64,000 bases of DNA from Paragordius varius (taxonomy: Eukaryota; Animalia; Nematomorpha), in assembly GCA_964247055.1 (NCBI GenBank), contig OZ176050.1, positions 10,974,001-11,038,000 on the forward strand, given 5' to 3'. A program made the translations under genes and the position numbers. The notes below the pieces were generated by a model that did no database searches, was not told the origin of the DNA, and worked only from the letters and a program-made list of their open reading frames with translations. Positions 12,201 through 23,395 of the stretch are shown here, one piece after another. Position 1 is the stretch's first letter, and each line of letters starts with the position of its first letter.

Positions 12201-14474
12201 CCGAAATTAGTTTAGTCTGTCTGATCTTTCCAAGCATGCTTTACGCTGCAGACACCCAAACATAAAAGAATTGAGATGAAAGCTTATTAATGCTTTCGAA
12301 ATGCGGTGTTGAAGAAAGATAATGCAAATTAATTGAAAAAATAAAATCAAAAAACTGAAATTCTAGTCAAAATCAAATCTGACATATCCCTGTTTATCAC
12401 ATGCCTTAAAAAGAAACTTTGATGCTTTGGCCATATTATCAGAGCAAATAATATGCAATATCAGCTAAAAATAGAAGGTATTTAATGCGATAGGTGCGAA
12501 ACGCGCTGGATTGACAATCTGACCAAAGAAACTAAGTCATCATTACAACAGTTGATTTCCGGCACATCTAACCTAGAAAACTATCTAAAATAATAGAGAA
12601 TACATCAACAACTCGATAAGTCTATACAAAAAAACTAATAATTTTAAATACTAAAAAAGGACATACCTATTTTATTGGGTTTCCAAAACTTTTTCCCCCC
12701 AGAATAACGAATGGTTAACTCATCTGGATCTAAATATATGCGACGGCGATATTTCTTACCATTCTTCTTATATTTGAGAACGTCACAGCCCATTTTCAGA
12801 ATTTTTAGCATATCATCATCTTTTCGATTTTTCAGTGATGCATGTTCATCTATAGGTGCATAATTTTAACTTAAACAAAATCATATTTAGAAAATATTAT
12901 ATATTTTTGGAATTATATATTATAAGAAATTTATTGTAGGTAATTTACGAAAATACAAATCCTGTTTTTCGAATTTAAAACACAGATTTAGATTTCAAAG
13001 TTGCCTGAAGCTTAAATAATTTTTTAATCCTTTCAATATACCATGCTTTGTATTGTTAAAAATTTTACGACAAACCATGCAAAATCAGTTTTAAATTCGG
13101 CCGAGAATCTCAAATAAATGTGAAATGTTAAAGTTGGATTTTATTTTTAAACTTCTAATTGTATAAACATGGTTTTATTTCTGCTAAAGTTTAAAAAACA
13201 AATAACTATAAAAATGGTTTAAAAGCATTAACATGTCCAAACATTTTGTAAAATGACAAATTTTCTTGGTGTCACAAAATATGTTTGCCATATTTTCGAG
13301 AAAAAAAGTAAATTTGTGTAATTGTGGAAAAATTTTAAATTATATAAATGTATTTCTAAATTTTATTCCCTTGTGACAGCATTGAAATAGTTATTGCATT
13401 AAATTATATAGTATATGTAGTATGTATTGCAAAAATATTTCCATTTAAAAATGTTTTAGATGTTCGAAATAAATTTTTGATCCAAAAATGATATTAAAAT
13501 ATTAATATAATATTGGTCGTGATCAAAAAAAAATATATAAGCTAAAAATTACACCGCCATGTAAATTATATTATGTCTTTTTGTAATTTGCTATAATATG
13601 TATATTACCTAATTTGTTTTTCTTACAGTTAAATCTAATTGACATACCCAAAAGTCCTAGATTTGTTTTTTTATAACACTCTAAAAATTAAAACTTTAGG
13701 ATTACCAATCGCAATAAATTGGTTACTTTTATACTAAAACCTGTTACTAAACATTTATTTAAAACTCCATTAGCTTTTGGGGTAGTTTTATATCCCATAG
13801 CGATTTAAAATTTTAGTACCTTAAAAAGTTAAGCCATATTTAAACGTATGCTTTCTTTAGCCTTTTAGGTATTGAACAATTTTTTTTTAAAATAATGTAA
13901 ATTGTAAAATATCCTGACCTCAACTCAAACTTTTTTGCCGCCATTTTTTTCTATAATTTCTTTTAAATCGTTAATGCAAGAAGCAAATTATTATTATGGT
14001 TAGAAAATGTAAATAATTAACTTTAAAAAGCTTTCAGACATTTTACCAGCAAAAACTTGATATATTTTTGTTTTGAAGCGTCCCAATTTAAGATTCTAGA
14101 ATTCACAAAACTATAAGCTTTTTAATTTAACACATGAGAACAATGTAGATAATTAAATTTTAGCTAAAATAAATTCCAGCACTGTGGTTTCTTTAAAAAT
14201 TGAGCTTTGGGATATAAAATTACCCAAAAGGTAAACTAGGACAAAAAAGTGAAAAGATAATGACGTGTTAAATATGTGTTGATAAATATTTAATTATTTA
14301 AACTGGCAAGTAATAAAAAAATGTAAAATGAATAAGTTTAGTTTACAATTTCAACTCATAAAAAATTAAATAAATTTTAAACGAACGTTATTTCAAAATA
14401 TATAATAATTCAAACTGACCTGATAAAGTATGTTTGCCCTGGAATAGTTTGTGACATAAAAGAAATTTGTCCAT
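261..14474 (-). CDS. PLCD: Phosphoinositide-specific phospholipase C, delta-type (PH-EF hand-X-Y-C2), about 770 aa, 20 coding exons
   Basis: Phase-consistent GT-AG exons in transcript order: 14420-14474 (tentative first exon, MDKFLLCHK...), 12667-12849, 10863-11100, 8243-8372, 7416-7534, 7268-7337, 7137-7221, 6701-6818, 6251-6336, 4413-4533, 4133-4218, 3731-3807, 3002-3112, 2726-2813, 2218-2397, 1797-1916, 1450-1493, 1091-1226, 514-663, 261-376 (TAA). Motifs: PH ([27 protein letters not shown]), EF hand ([12 protein letters not shown]), X box ([53 protein letters not shown]), Y box ([36 protein letters not shown]), C2 ([22 protein letters not shown]). No C-terminal extension, hence delta-like. 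The catalytic His/Glu/Asp/Arg motifs are intact. Confidence 0.95.
1951..2087. mobile_element. Small inverted-repeat (MITE-like) element in a PLC intron
   Basis: CCTATTCACATTAT (1951-1964) is the exact reverse complement of ATAATGTGAATAGG (2074-2087). The internal TTGGCCAACAATAA motif recurs inverted in the element at 41358-41566. Confidence 0.5.
2494..2715. mobile_element. Palindromic TA-flanked MITE (Tc1/mariner-like termini)
   Basis: Flanked by TA on both sides, with termini CAATCATATATCC and GGATACATGACTG. Inner arms 2537-2591 and 2620-2673 are nearly perfect reverse complements around a 28-nt loop. Confidence 0.7.
4756..6104. mobile_element. Old non-autonomous hAT-like element
   Basis: Termini CAGGGGTG...CACCCCTG with subterminal ATGCGGC(CCGC) motifs. 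The flanking 8-mers ATTACACA and ATTTACCA match only partly. No ORF. Confidence 0.45.
6363..6652. mobile_element. Foldback-type MITE, copy 1
   Basis: TIR TATACCATTTA...TAAATGGTATA, with repeated subterminal GGGTGAATTTGAA-like motifs in the arms. Confidence 0.6.
7603..7868. mobile_element. Foldback-type MITE, copy 2
   Basis: TATACCATTTACACCTCAAATTCA (7603-7626) matches the reverse complement of TGAATTTGAGGTGTGAATGATATA (7845-7868) at 22/24 positions; same internal motif as 6363-6652. Confidence 0.6.
8698..10459 (-). mobile_element. Non-autonomous Helitron, copy A (about 160-bp internal repeats, different 3' end)
   Basis: 9045-10459 is reverse-complement homologous to roughly 52652-53790. The segment ends in ...GAAGCGTGACAGGGCCAGCTAG|T at 8698 (minus strand), a Helitron-type CTAG terminus unlike that of the other copies. 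Confidence 0.7.
11985..12620 (+). mobile_element. Decayed RTE-clade LINE fragment (RT C-terminal region) in PLC intron 2
   Basis: Broken frames give YIYLSSL..., [11 protein letters not shown]..., [19 protein letters not shown] and RWID, matching typical RTE C-terminal motifs; many stops and frameshifts. Confidence 0.75.
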
Positions 14475-17239
14475 AAATGGATTTTATTCGTTTAACAATT
14501 TTTTTAAAAACCAAAATGGGACAGAAAAAAATGATGGCTCTACTGTAATATAGAATTTTTCAAACAATAATTATTAATAATTATTACACCAAATAATCTT
14601 TTTGTTAATAACTTTTCATAAAAATATAGAAACTCTCTTGAAATACATATTGCTTTGTTTTGTTGCTGCAAAAGCCAAAAATTAATTCATTTTATAGGAA
14701 TTAATAAAAGTAATAGTTTTGATAATAATGTGATGTGAATAGCAAAGCAAAACTAAAAATCAATCAATGCTTTTGTGTTTAAAACCTAAATTTAGCTAAA
14801 AAATAATTATAGTCATATAGTATTATTGGTTATTATTGATAATAGTGATCACAGTTTCAAAGAGAATAATATTTTTTTTATTGCCATTATAAGCACATAT
14901 AATTATATAATTATAGATATATTTTGCGTAAAAATAATTAAATAATAATAATAGGGATTTTAAAACAATTGGAAGCACTAAAATAAAGAATTCTTTTGCC
15001 ATTCCAAATTCAACAAAGAATTTGTTATACGTTAAGTTATAAGCCAAATAAAGGAAAAAACGACATTATGTTTTATATTTGTAATTTTAAATTATTTTCA
15101 TAAATAATATAGCTTGGCTGGTCAACCGTTTTGCCTTAGATTAAGTCATCAGTGATGTTTAATTATAATATGGGTAATTAAAAATTGTTTGCCACATATT
15201 ACTAGTTAATTACAGTCTGAAAAGTTTTAAAATAAAAAATAAGGCTTTTATTTTTTTTTGATTTTTCGAACATCATAAATTTATGACTTATGAAATCATA
15301 AAATAACTTATTATTAAAAAATAAGGCTGATTACTTTGAAGAATAATTATTTTAACTTACCAACACCTTAAAAAGAGGACATATTTGGAAATAGAAAAAA
15401 TCAAATTTCGAAAAAAAACAGAATTTAAAAAATAATTTGCTCCAAAAATTTCTTGGTTAATTACATATTCTATATAATATAATTAAAAATAAAATGTTCT
15501 AATCATTATTGTTAAAGATATAAAAACAAATTTTTGACTCTTCTTAGGTTCATATACTTAAACTTTATTATGTGAGATAATTTGGATATTTAAAAAAAAT
15601 GTTTTTCCCCCGGTATATGTTTAGATCTGCGAACCTATATTTGATTGCATTGTACGGGAAACACAAATGCTTTCGCGGGCCACATTCGAAAAATATAGAG
15701 GCAACAAATATTTTATTAATTTTAAACATAAGATCGTGAAAAACTATTTTTTTCACAATTTTTGCTAGCTCAGTGCCGAAATTTGAACAGACTCAATCAG
15801 AGAATTTGTTTAAAAAAATCAATTTTACTTAGATTTTGAAAAATTTTGTTGAAGTGCGGGCTGCAAAAATATTTCCGTAGGCGCGTGTTGGACACTCCTA
15901 ATTTTAATAATTTCCCTTTGTATTAGTATAAGGATTCATTTGCATTATATATATATACATAAATATATAATATATATGAAAATTTAGATCGGAAAGAAAG
16001 CATTCAATATGCCGATTATAGTAACCGACTTTTTTTTAAATAACCCCAGCCTTTAGCCCATCTCCTGATGAATAATAGTATTTTATGAAACAAGTCGGCA
16101 AAACTGTGATTTCTAGCATTTTCTGTATAAACCCATTCAATTTTATGGACTATTTACGTTGTATGGGTCATAATTGTCAAGCCGCAATTTTTAATTAGCC
16201 CCTGTGTTAAGCCTAACCCAAAATCGATGTTTTCGCAAAAATATCGAGATCGAGACTTTGCAAATTTACAAGTGTTAATTTGTAAAAATGGTCTGAGACT
16301 TACCTTTAATAATTCATCTCTTTAATAATTGTCTAAATTTAAAAACGGGCAAATCTTTAAACTAAAATTCTGAGGTGTTAAATCAGCTGAATTAAATATT
16401 ATTAAGTCTTTTTATAATATTGTTAGAAGGTAATTAAGATATAAAACGTAAACTTGAAATGATATTTATTCCGTTTTTTTGTGCTTTATATATACTATTT
16501 TTAAGTGTACATAATTTGCATTATATCAATAACATTTCGAGTAACAAAGGATATAATATTTACATAGTACAAAAAAATATGAAAATTAGACAATTCAAAT
16601 CTCACAGAAAATTATTATATGCAACCAAAATATATATTTCAAATTTGCATGTAACAAATATCCTAGAGTGTTTTTGTACCGCTTATATCACCTGCTGTGA
16701 AGTACTATTAATTAGGCTAAATTTTCGTAAACATATTTTAAAGCGAGGAATTCATTTTCAAAAATAATTCTATTACATATTTATCCTAAAACCTTGGCAC
16801 TTTTGCGTTCATTATAAGAAATATAGCCCATTTTAACGGGCTAAAATATAAAACTTAATAAATATAAAACTTAACATAATTGTTTAGCTTTTTTAATATT
16901 TTTTTTAATATATATTGACGTTCAGAGCCTTTAGATTTTCTAAAAATTTATTTGATATAATTTACGATAATTTTGCGACTTTTTGATATGGATAATTTAT
17001 CACTAATAACTCTTAAGCCCCATAAACCAAAATATCACGAGAGTTTTGATAATATGATATACCTCAACTCGAGAACTTCACGCAGTATTTTATAAAGTCT
17101 TAAATATGTGTTCGACATAAAAGTTTTAGTGCCTTATTTTGAACAAAAATATTAAGAATAATCTGCATCAGTTTTTTCTTAGTTTATTGCTAAAAAACTA
17201 TATTCATCCGATTTAAAAATCATCACTTTATGTTTAAGC

Positions 17240-17451
17240 CAGGGGTGGCCAACCCGCGGCTTTCCGATCCTTTCGGGTCTGCGAAAAATTTGAAATCCAT
17301 AATTTGCAAAACATGTTCACAAAATCATGGTAAAATAATTATTCTTAGACATTTTTTCTCAATAAGTCTATCCTAAAAGCAAGAATGAGGAATGTTTCAT
17401 ACTTTCTATTTGAAGTCTTTTTTAAAATCTAATAAAATATCTATTAAATGC

Positions 17452-17491
<40 letters not shown>

Positions 17492-17529
17492 AATGCGGCC
17501 CGCAAAGCCATTTATGTTGGACAATCCTG
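17240..17529. mobile_element. hAT-like MITE
   Basis: Termini CAGGGGTGGCCAAC...GTTGGACAATCCTG, subterminal ATGCGGCCCGC and an internal (TA)n. No clean TSD. A related single terminus (GTTGGACACTCCTA) ends near 15900. Confidence 0.55.
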
Positions 17530-20524
17530 GTTCCTAAGTGTGCCAGGGCATAAAAATCCTTTATATACTTTTTACACACCGCATGAGTACCCTGTAAAAT
17601 GAAAGCAAGCTTTAGTTTAAAAAACAACATTTATTTAGAAAATTATTAAGGCATTTGAAAAAAAAATTTCATTTTTAAAAAATATTTTGCTTACTTGATC
17701 CTAAATCAAAAATATGAAACATGTTAAATTTTGTTCTAAACATCTATAAATTAATATAAACATAATTGGAACAATATAAACTAGAAATTCCATTTTGTGA
17801 GAAAGTATTCAATATTTTCACAGAAACATAAATTATTAAATTACTAAACAATGGATACTTAAAAACTAAAATGAATTAAAAACCGTTTTAAATTAAAGTA
17901 AGTTAACAATTTGAAATATTTTATAAAAATTGTTTATTTTTATATATTATATAAAATTTATTTAATGAATTATATACTGTGAAAATTAGTCAGAAATAAA
18001 TTTAAGGTTAGTGCCATAAAAATGGGTAAATAGTATTGTATATAGCACATAAATTTATCTTTAACATAAAAAGAGATCATATATAAACTAAAAACTGAAT
18101 CTATCTAACCTATCCATAAAGGTAATTTATTATTATGTGTGCTGCATAACCCTGTCTGTAAGTAACATTAGAAAGTGTTTAATAAAGGCAACAAATTATA
18201 CGCGAGTCGATATAAAAAATTAATTAAAAAGTTAATGTAAACTATATAAAATAAACCAAAAACCATACATATTAGGATAACAATACCAAAATAGAAACAT
18301 AGTATATTCCTAACATCAATTTTGTTGCTTGACAAGACCTAAACGTACATAATGCCAATATATATGTATATATTTTATATATCATGCGTAATCCCATTTT
18401 TTAACGAACAAAACTAACAAGGTCAACTTTACTAAGTAAGTTATAAAATTAAATATTCGGATGACCGCATAAAAATATGGATGTGTTAACTAAAAAAGAT
18501 AGTCGTTAAATTTTTTCAATTGAAAAAGGACTTATTCTTGTCTGCAGTTAAAAATTTAGCACATTGTAAATCAGAATCAATCACCAATGTTAAATATAAC
18601 AGCTTAGAGGAAAATACAATATTAAAAAACTTCCTAATCCATTTTCAATATACGAGGAGAAAAAAATGACAAGTTGGTTGGTTAACACTGTGTATAAATA
18701 AGCATTTTATATGCATAATTAATATTTTTGGTAGGTTATGAAAAAAAATCATTTATAAATATAATATCCATGCAAAACCTTTAAATTTATTCACAATTTT
18801 TTAATTGATAACCATCGCGTGTATGGTTTAATTTATTGCTTCAATATTGATTATGTGAATAAATGATTTTCAGTTTTAGCCAATATTTAAAAAAAAAACT
18901 AAGAATAAACTCACATCGATTAAATACCTTAAATGTTGCTCATCATGCAGTTATCCGATTTTTAAAAATTAAGTTATAATCGTTTAAAGTTGAATATACT
19001 TTTTAATAACAATGGTTTGTCGACATTTAGCAACCCACGTAGGGAATAATGAAATTCTGTTAAATATAAATTATAAAAATATAAAAAATGATATATATTA
19101 ATAATAACAATGTTTATTTTTCAAAAAGTATAGGAAAACTCATACAACTTTTTTTCAGGTAAATTTTAAGAAACTAATATATTATTTTGCCACTATATAT
19201 TACAACAATTATAAATAGGCATATTAATTTTTGATAAAGACAAACAAGTCTGGATTGTGCAATGAAGGATTTATTTCAAATTGATTATGGATGTGTATCA
19301 TCTACCAAAAATTATTTAATTATATACTGCTTACTTCATCTCTATTTTTTGGATTAAATTGTCAAAAACAACGAGACAAATAAAAAATTTATGATGACTG
19401 TCCTTCAAAAATATCTAATTCAATATAAAAATACATTTATTTTCAAGTTTTTGTGGAATTTACGCTACAGCCAAAATAATTGATGAAGCAAAATTTTGTC
19501 AAAATAATAATTTTTCCACGAACGTAGACACGTTTAAATGGAGGGAAAACATTAATTACAAAATTTTACATAATTTAAATTAATTTATAAAAGATAACGG
19601 TAATTAATCAGGAAAATACAGTTTTATATAATTTAATTTTACATCTTTTAAAAATTAATTAATTTAAATTTTTTAATTCAGGACTAAATTATTTCAAAGC
19701 AAATTGCAAAAAGCGAGTTAATATTAAAGTTTTATGAAATAGTTTATATTTATTACAGCATATACCTATTAGTTTAAAACTCCGGGCGATGCTACGTTTA
19801 TTTATAAAAATGTTTTGTCTTCTTCAATTAATTCTTTCAGAAAGTAGTCTAATAACACTCATATAGGGCCCGGAACCGGCTTCAAGCCAATATTCGGGTT
19901 GCATTTTAATTTTTCATTCTAAACTGCTGTTCTTAATCTGATATAACGGTGATCAGTTTCATAAATTAACTGAAAAAGATTCTAAATAGTTCCGGTTCAG
20001 GTCTAAATACATAAATTTATCGAAAATTGCCTCACATGCATCTATGCATACAATTTGACATGACTCGATGCTAACAATCGCATTCCTTGATATTCTTCAA
20101 ATTTTATAAAACAAGTATTTATTCAAAGGCATAAAAAGCACTTTAATAATTTAGTATCATAATTTAGCCAATAATACAAAACCAATCTAAAAGTACAATA
20201 AATTGATAACGCAATAAGACCAATAACTTGATTCTATTGCGTATAAATTCAATTTTTGAGGGTTGTTTAAATATAGTAAAATTAGGTTACTCATGTGTTA
20301 GAGCAGCCCTTACACCATTTAATCAATCTTCAACTTATATTTCTAAAATAAATGTAAATCGATTATATTTCTTAGTTTGATATATAGAATAACGTTTATC
20401 CAATTAATAAGTCCTCGAGAAGGCGAAATCAAAAATAATTATTTTTGGGGGTAGAATCGACCATGTGCATATATAATTTTATCACAAAAATTTAATTTAT
20501 AGCAATGCAAAGGTTAGATATGAT

Positions 20525-21331
20525 TAGGGTTGTGATTTTGACCCCCTTTTTTGAAAAAGGGGGTCAGACCTCGGTCGGAACTAGGTCCGACCTAGGTCAT
20601 ACCATATGTTATTGCTTATAATTAATAACTAAAAACATAAATACATGATTAAATTACAAAAATGTTTTTACATAAAGTATATATTTTTTTAAAAGTCTTT
20701 CATCAATACTGAAAATTTATTCTAGAATTAACGATCTAGCCTGGAATCATACATAAAGACTATAGAAAGTTTCAAATCACAGAAAGATAAGACTAACAAT
20801 ATGGAATTTATTGAAACCTAATTATGATCTAATTTTCAAACTATGAATGAAATCCGAAAATGTTTATTTTCAACTATGTTAAGAGTTGGGCATGTGGAAA
20901 TAAATTTCGCTAAATGTTTCTGGCAAATTTCTTCTTGAAAACAGAAATTAAGACGAAACTTAAGAAATTAAATACTTAGCTTGCTTTCGACCATCACCAT
21001 CTGTCATATAATTTATTTCATAAACTTCTTTTAGATGTTTCTGGATTCGGTTTTTATTATAGAGTAATTGCTTTTCATGCATGTAACTTGATTTTTTGAT
21101 CGATAAATTTCCACGAGGTTGATTTCATTATGAGGAAGTAAAGAAATGTATATCATATGATAATTAAATGAAAATAATACACAAATAAATAATATAGTTT
21201 GTTTTCGTAAAAATTGTAAAATTAATAAAATAAAAAAATAAAAAAATTGACCTAGGTCATTATTTTTCGTGGTCGTGACCATGGTCATGAAAGTCATGAC
21301 CCTAGGTCATTGACTAATGGGCACAACCCTA
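20525..21331. mobile_element. Non-autonomous hAT element with 8-bp TSD
   Basis: TIR TAGGGTTGTG...CACAACCCTA; perfect TSD GATATGAT at 20517-20524 and 21332-21339; several GACC-NN-GGTC palindromes near both ends. Confidence 0.85.
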
Positions 21332-21940
21332 GATATGATATATATGCATAAAATTTCCTGCATAATCCTTTGGTTTTGGGGCTTAAAAATCATTTAAAAA
21401 AGTTATGTCTATTTTTTAATTGCTTTATATCGAAAAATCGCAAAATTAGCTTTTTAATAAAAGCTAATTTAAAATTTGTTAATATAGATTAATAATAAAT
21501 GGATAAAAGCAAAAATATATTTCTTTTAAATTTTTAATTTTAGAATCCGATATATTCAAATTTCTGTACCTATGAAATAGTTAGTTTCCTTATATAAAAC
21601 TCAAAATTTCTAGTATTGCTAGACAATTTTTATATGATGAATATAAAAACACTTTATTTTAGAAAAACACCTTTTTTATATTATTTGGGGTGAAGATTTA
21701 AATCGTCTCAGATTTTATATAAAAGATTTGTTTGTCTTAAAATAGGTAATTTTTGAAAACAATTCAAACGAATTAAAATTTCTGACGTGACAAAATTCTC
21801 AGTATCAAATTATACAGAAAAAGTGTTTTATAAGTGTTTTTTCACTGTTTTCATCCTTTAAAATACCATATACAGTTCATTAATTTTGCAAGAAGTTCAA
21901 TTTTAAAAATATTTTTATTGATGTCATAATCTACCATATA

Positions 21941-22151
21941 TAAGGCGTGATGGTATAATAGGTATGTGGCCGGACTCTCACACTGCGTGCCAGAGTTCGA
22001 ACCTGAAACTACGCAATTTTTTCATCATCACTGTCAGTCCAGGGCAGGCAAGTGTTAAAGCCTTCAAAAGTCCAAATAGAATAAGTCCTTAACCTTAAAT
22101 AACAAAAGGAAAAAAGAGACTCTAAACTGTATAATTTTTATTTTATTATTT
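21941..22151 (+). mobile_element. tRNA-derived SINE with 15-bp TSD
   Basis: A-box-like TGGTATAATAGG and B-box GAGTTCGAACC, T/A-rich tail, perfect TSD ATAATCTACCATATA at 21926-21940 and 22152-22166. A second copy lies at about 39950-40134. Confidence 0.85.
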
Positions 22152-22284
22152 ATAATCTACCATATATTGAAATTTATTATCGAACCGCATGCTTTTTAGC
22201 AAAAGTAAGATCTTTTAAAGGGGTTTAACATCTAAATAAAATAAATATAAATTATATCTTTGTTTTTTAAATATAAACAATGTC

Positions 22285-23395
22285 CACAAAAAATATGATG
22301 AAACTATAGATTTAGATGGGAAAATGCATCAGGATTATCATGATCCTTTTGGTTTTGGCCCTTCCGAGTGATTTAAGAAAGTTAAATACACATTAATGGT
22401 AAGTGAGCCATATCGGAATATGGCAATTGCGCACTTTTTTTAAATAAATTTTTTTGGCAAAAGCTAAATGCTGCATTTCAAAAAATATCACTAAAATATA
22501 TCATAAACAACATATAAAAATTAAAAGATTTTTTTAAAAAAACCTTTATAAGATGTGGGCTCCTCCCAAATTTTTCGCTCTTCTAGAATGGGCTTGTTAT
22601 CTTATTATAATAAACGCAATGCCGGAATTGCGCGATGAATATTTATATGATATCAACTAAAAAGATTTTTCCAAAAAGTTAATTTTTAGCATATTTTTTT
22701 TGAAGTTTACTTCATATATTTTGAGGCATGATGGAAACGGTAAAACGCTTTAAGATACTATAAATAAATTCGATAATGTTGAACATTTCTGTCATCTCAG
22801 AATTTTTATTAAAATATTCATTCGTCCTCAAAGTTATGTTGAATATAAATTGTGTTTTTTTACAAAATTTCACAAAAATTCGAAAGCAAAATTTTTAAAA
22901 TAAAATATAATGCTTATATAATATCTTACAAGCGTTTCTATACCGTTTCCATCCCTCAAAATATTATAAAGGTTTCAAAAAAAATGATAAAAATTAAATT
23001 TATGAAAATTATGTTTTTTTAAAAAATTATTTTAATACCAAAAATTAGCATATATTTAAATTTTTATCGCGTATTTTCGGCAATGCATTTATTAACAGCT
23101 ACCCATTTTACTTGAGTGAATAAATTTGAGAAGATCTGAGCCTATGTCTAATAATTAAAATTTTATAAAAATAATATGTAGTTTATGATATTTTTGTAAT
23201 ATTTTTTTGGAATAAAGCATTTAGCTTTCACCAAAAAAATTTATTAACAAAACGTCGAAAATTTTGCCATTTTCACATCAGGAGCAGTTACAAAAGTGTT
23301 AATAACATTCTTAAATCAATTAGGGCCAAAAGCACCATATAATCCTAAAATATTTTCTATCAAAATATATATTTCATCAGGATATTTTTTACACC
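22285..23395. repeat. About 1.1-kb imperfect palindrome (long-TIR/foldback DNA element)
   Basis: Mirror pairs around about 22840: GGTTTTGGCCCT with AGGGCCAAAAGC, AAAGCTAAATGC with GCATTTAGCTTT, AATGCCGGAATTGCGCGAT with ATCGCGTATTTTCGGCAAT, GATGGAAACGGTA with TACCGTTTCCATC. Related fragments at about 13770-14240, 23560, 38570-39120, 60440, 61330-61500 and 62140. Confidence 0.7.

Noticed and set aside
20540-21308. Repeated GACCTAGGTC palindromes as a CRISPR-like array
   Set aside because: Irregular spacing, no unique spacers of uniform length, eukaryotic context, and enclosed by hAT TIRs and a TSD.
21943-22010. tRNA gene
   Set aside because: A and B boxes are present but there is no complete cloverleaf or acceptor stem; followed by a SINE body, tail and TSD.
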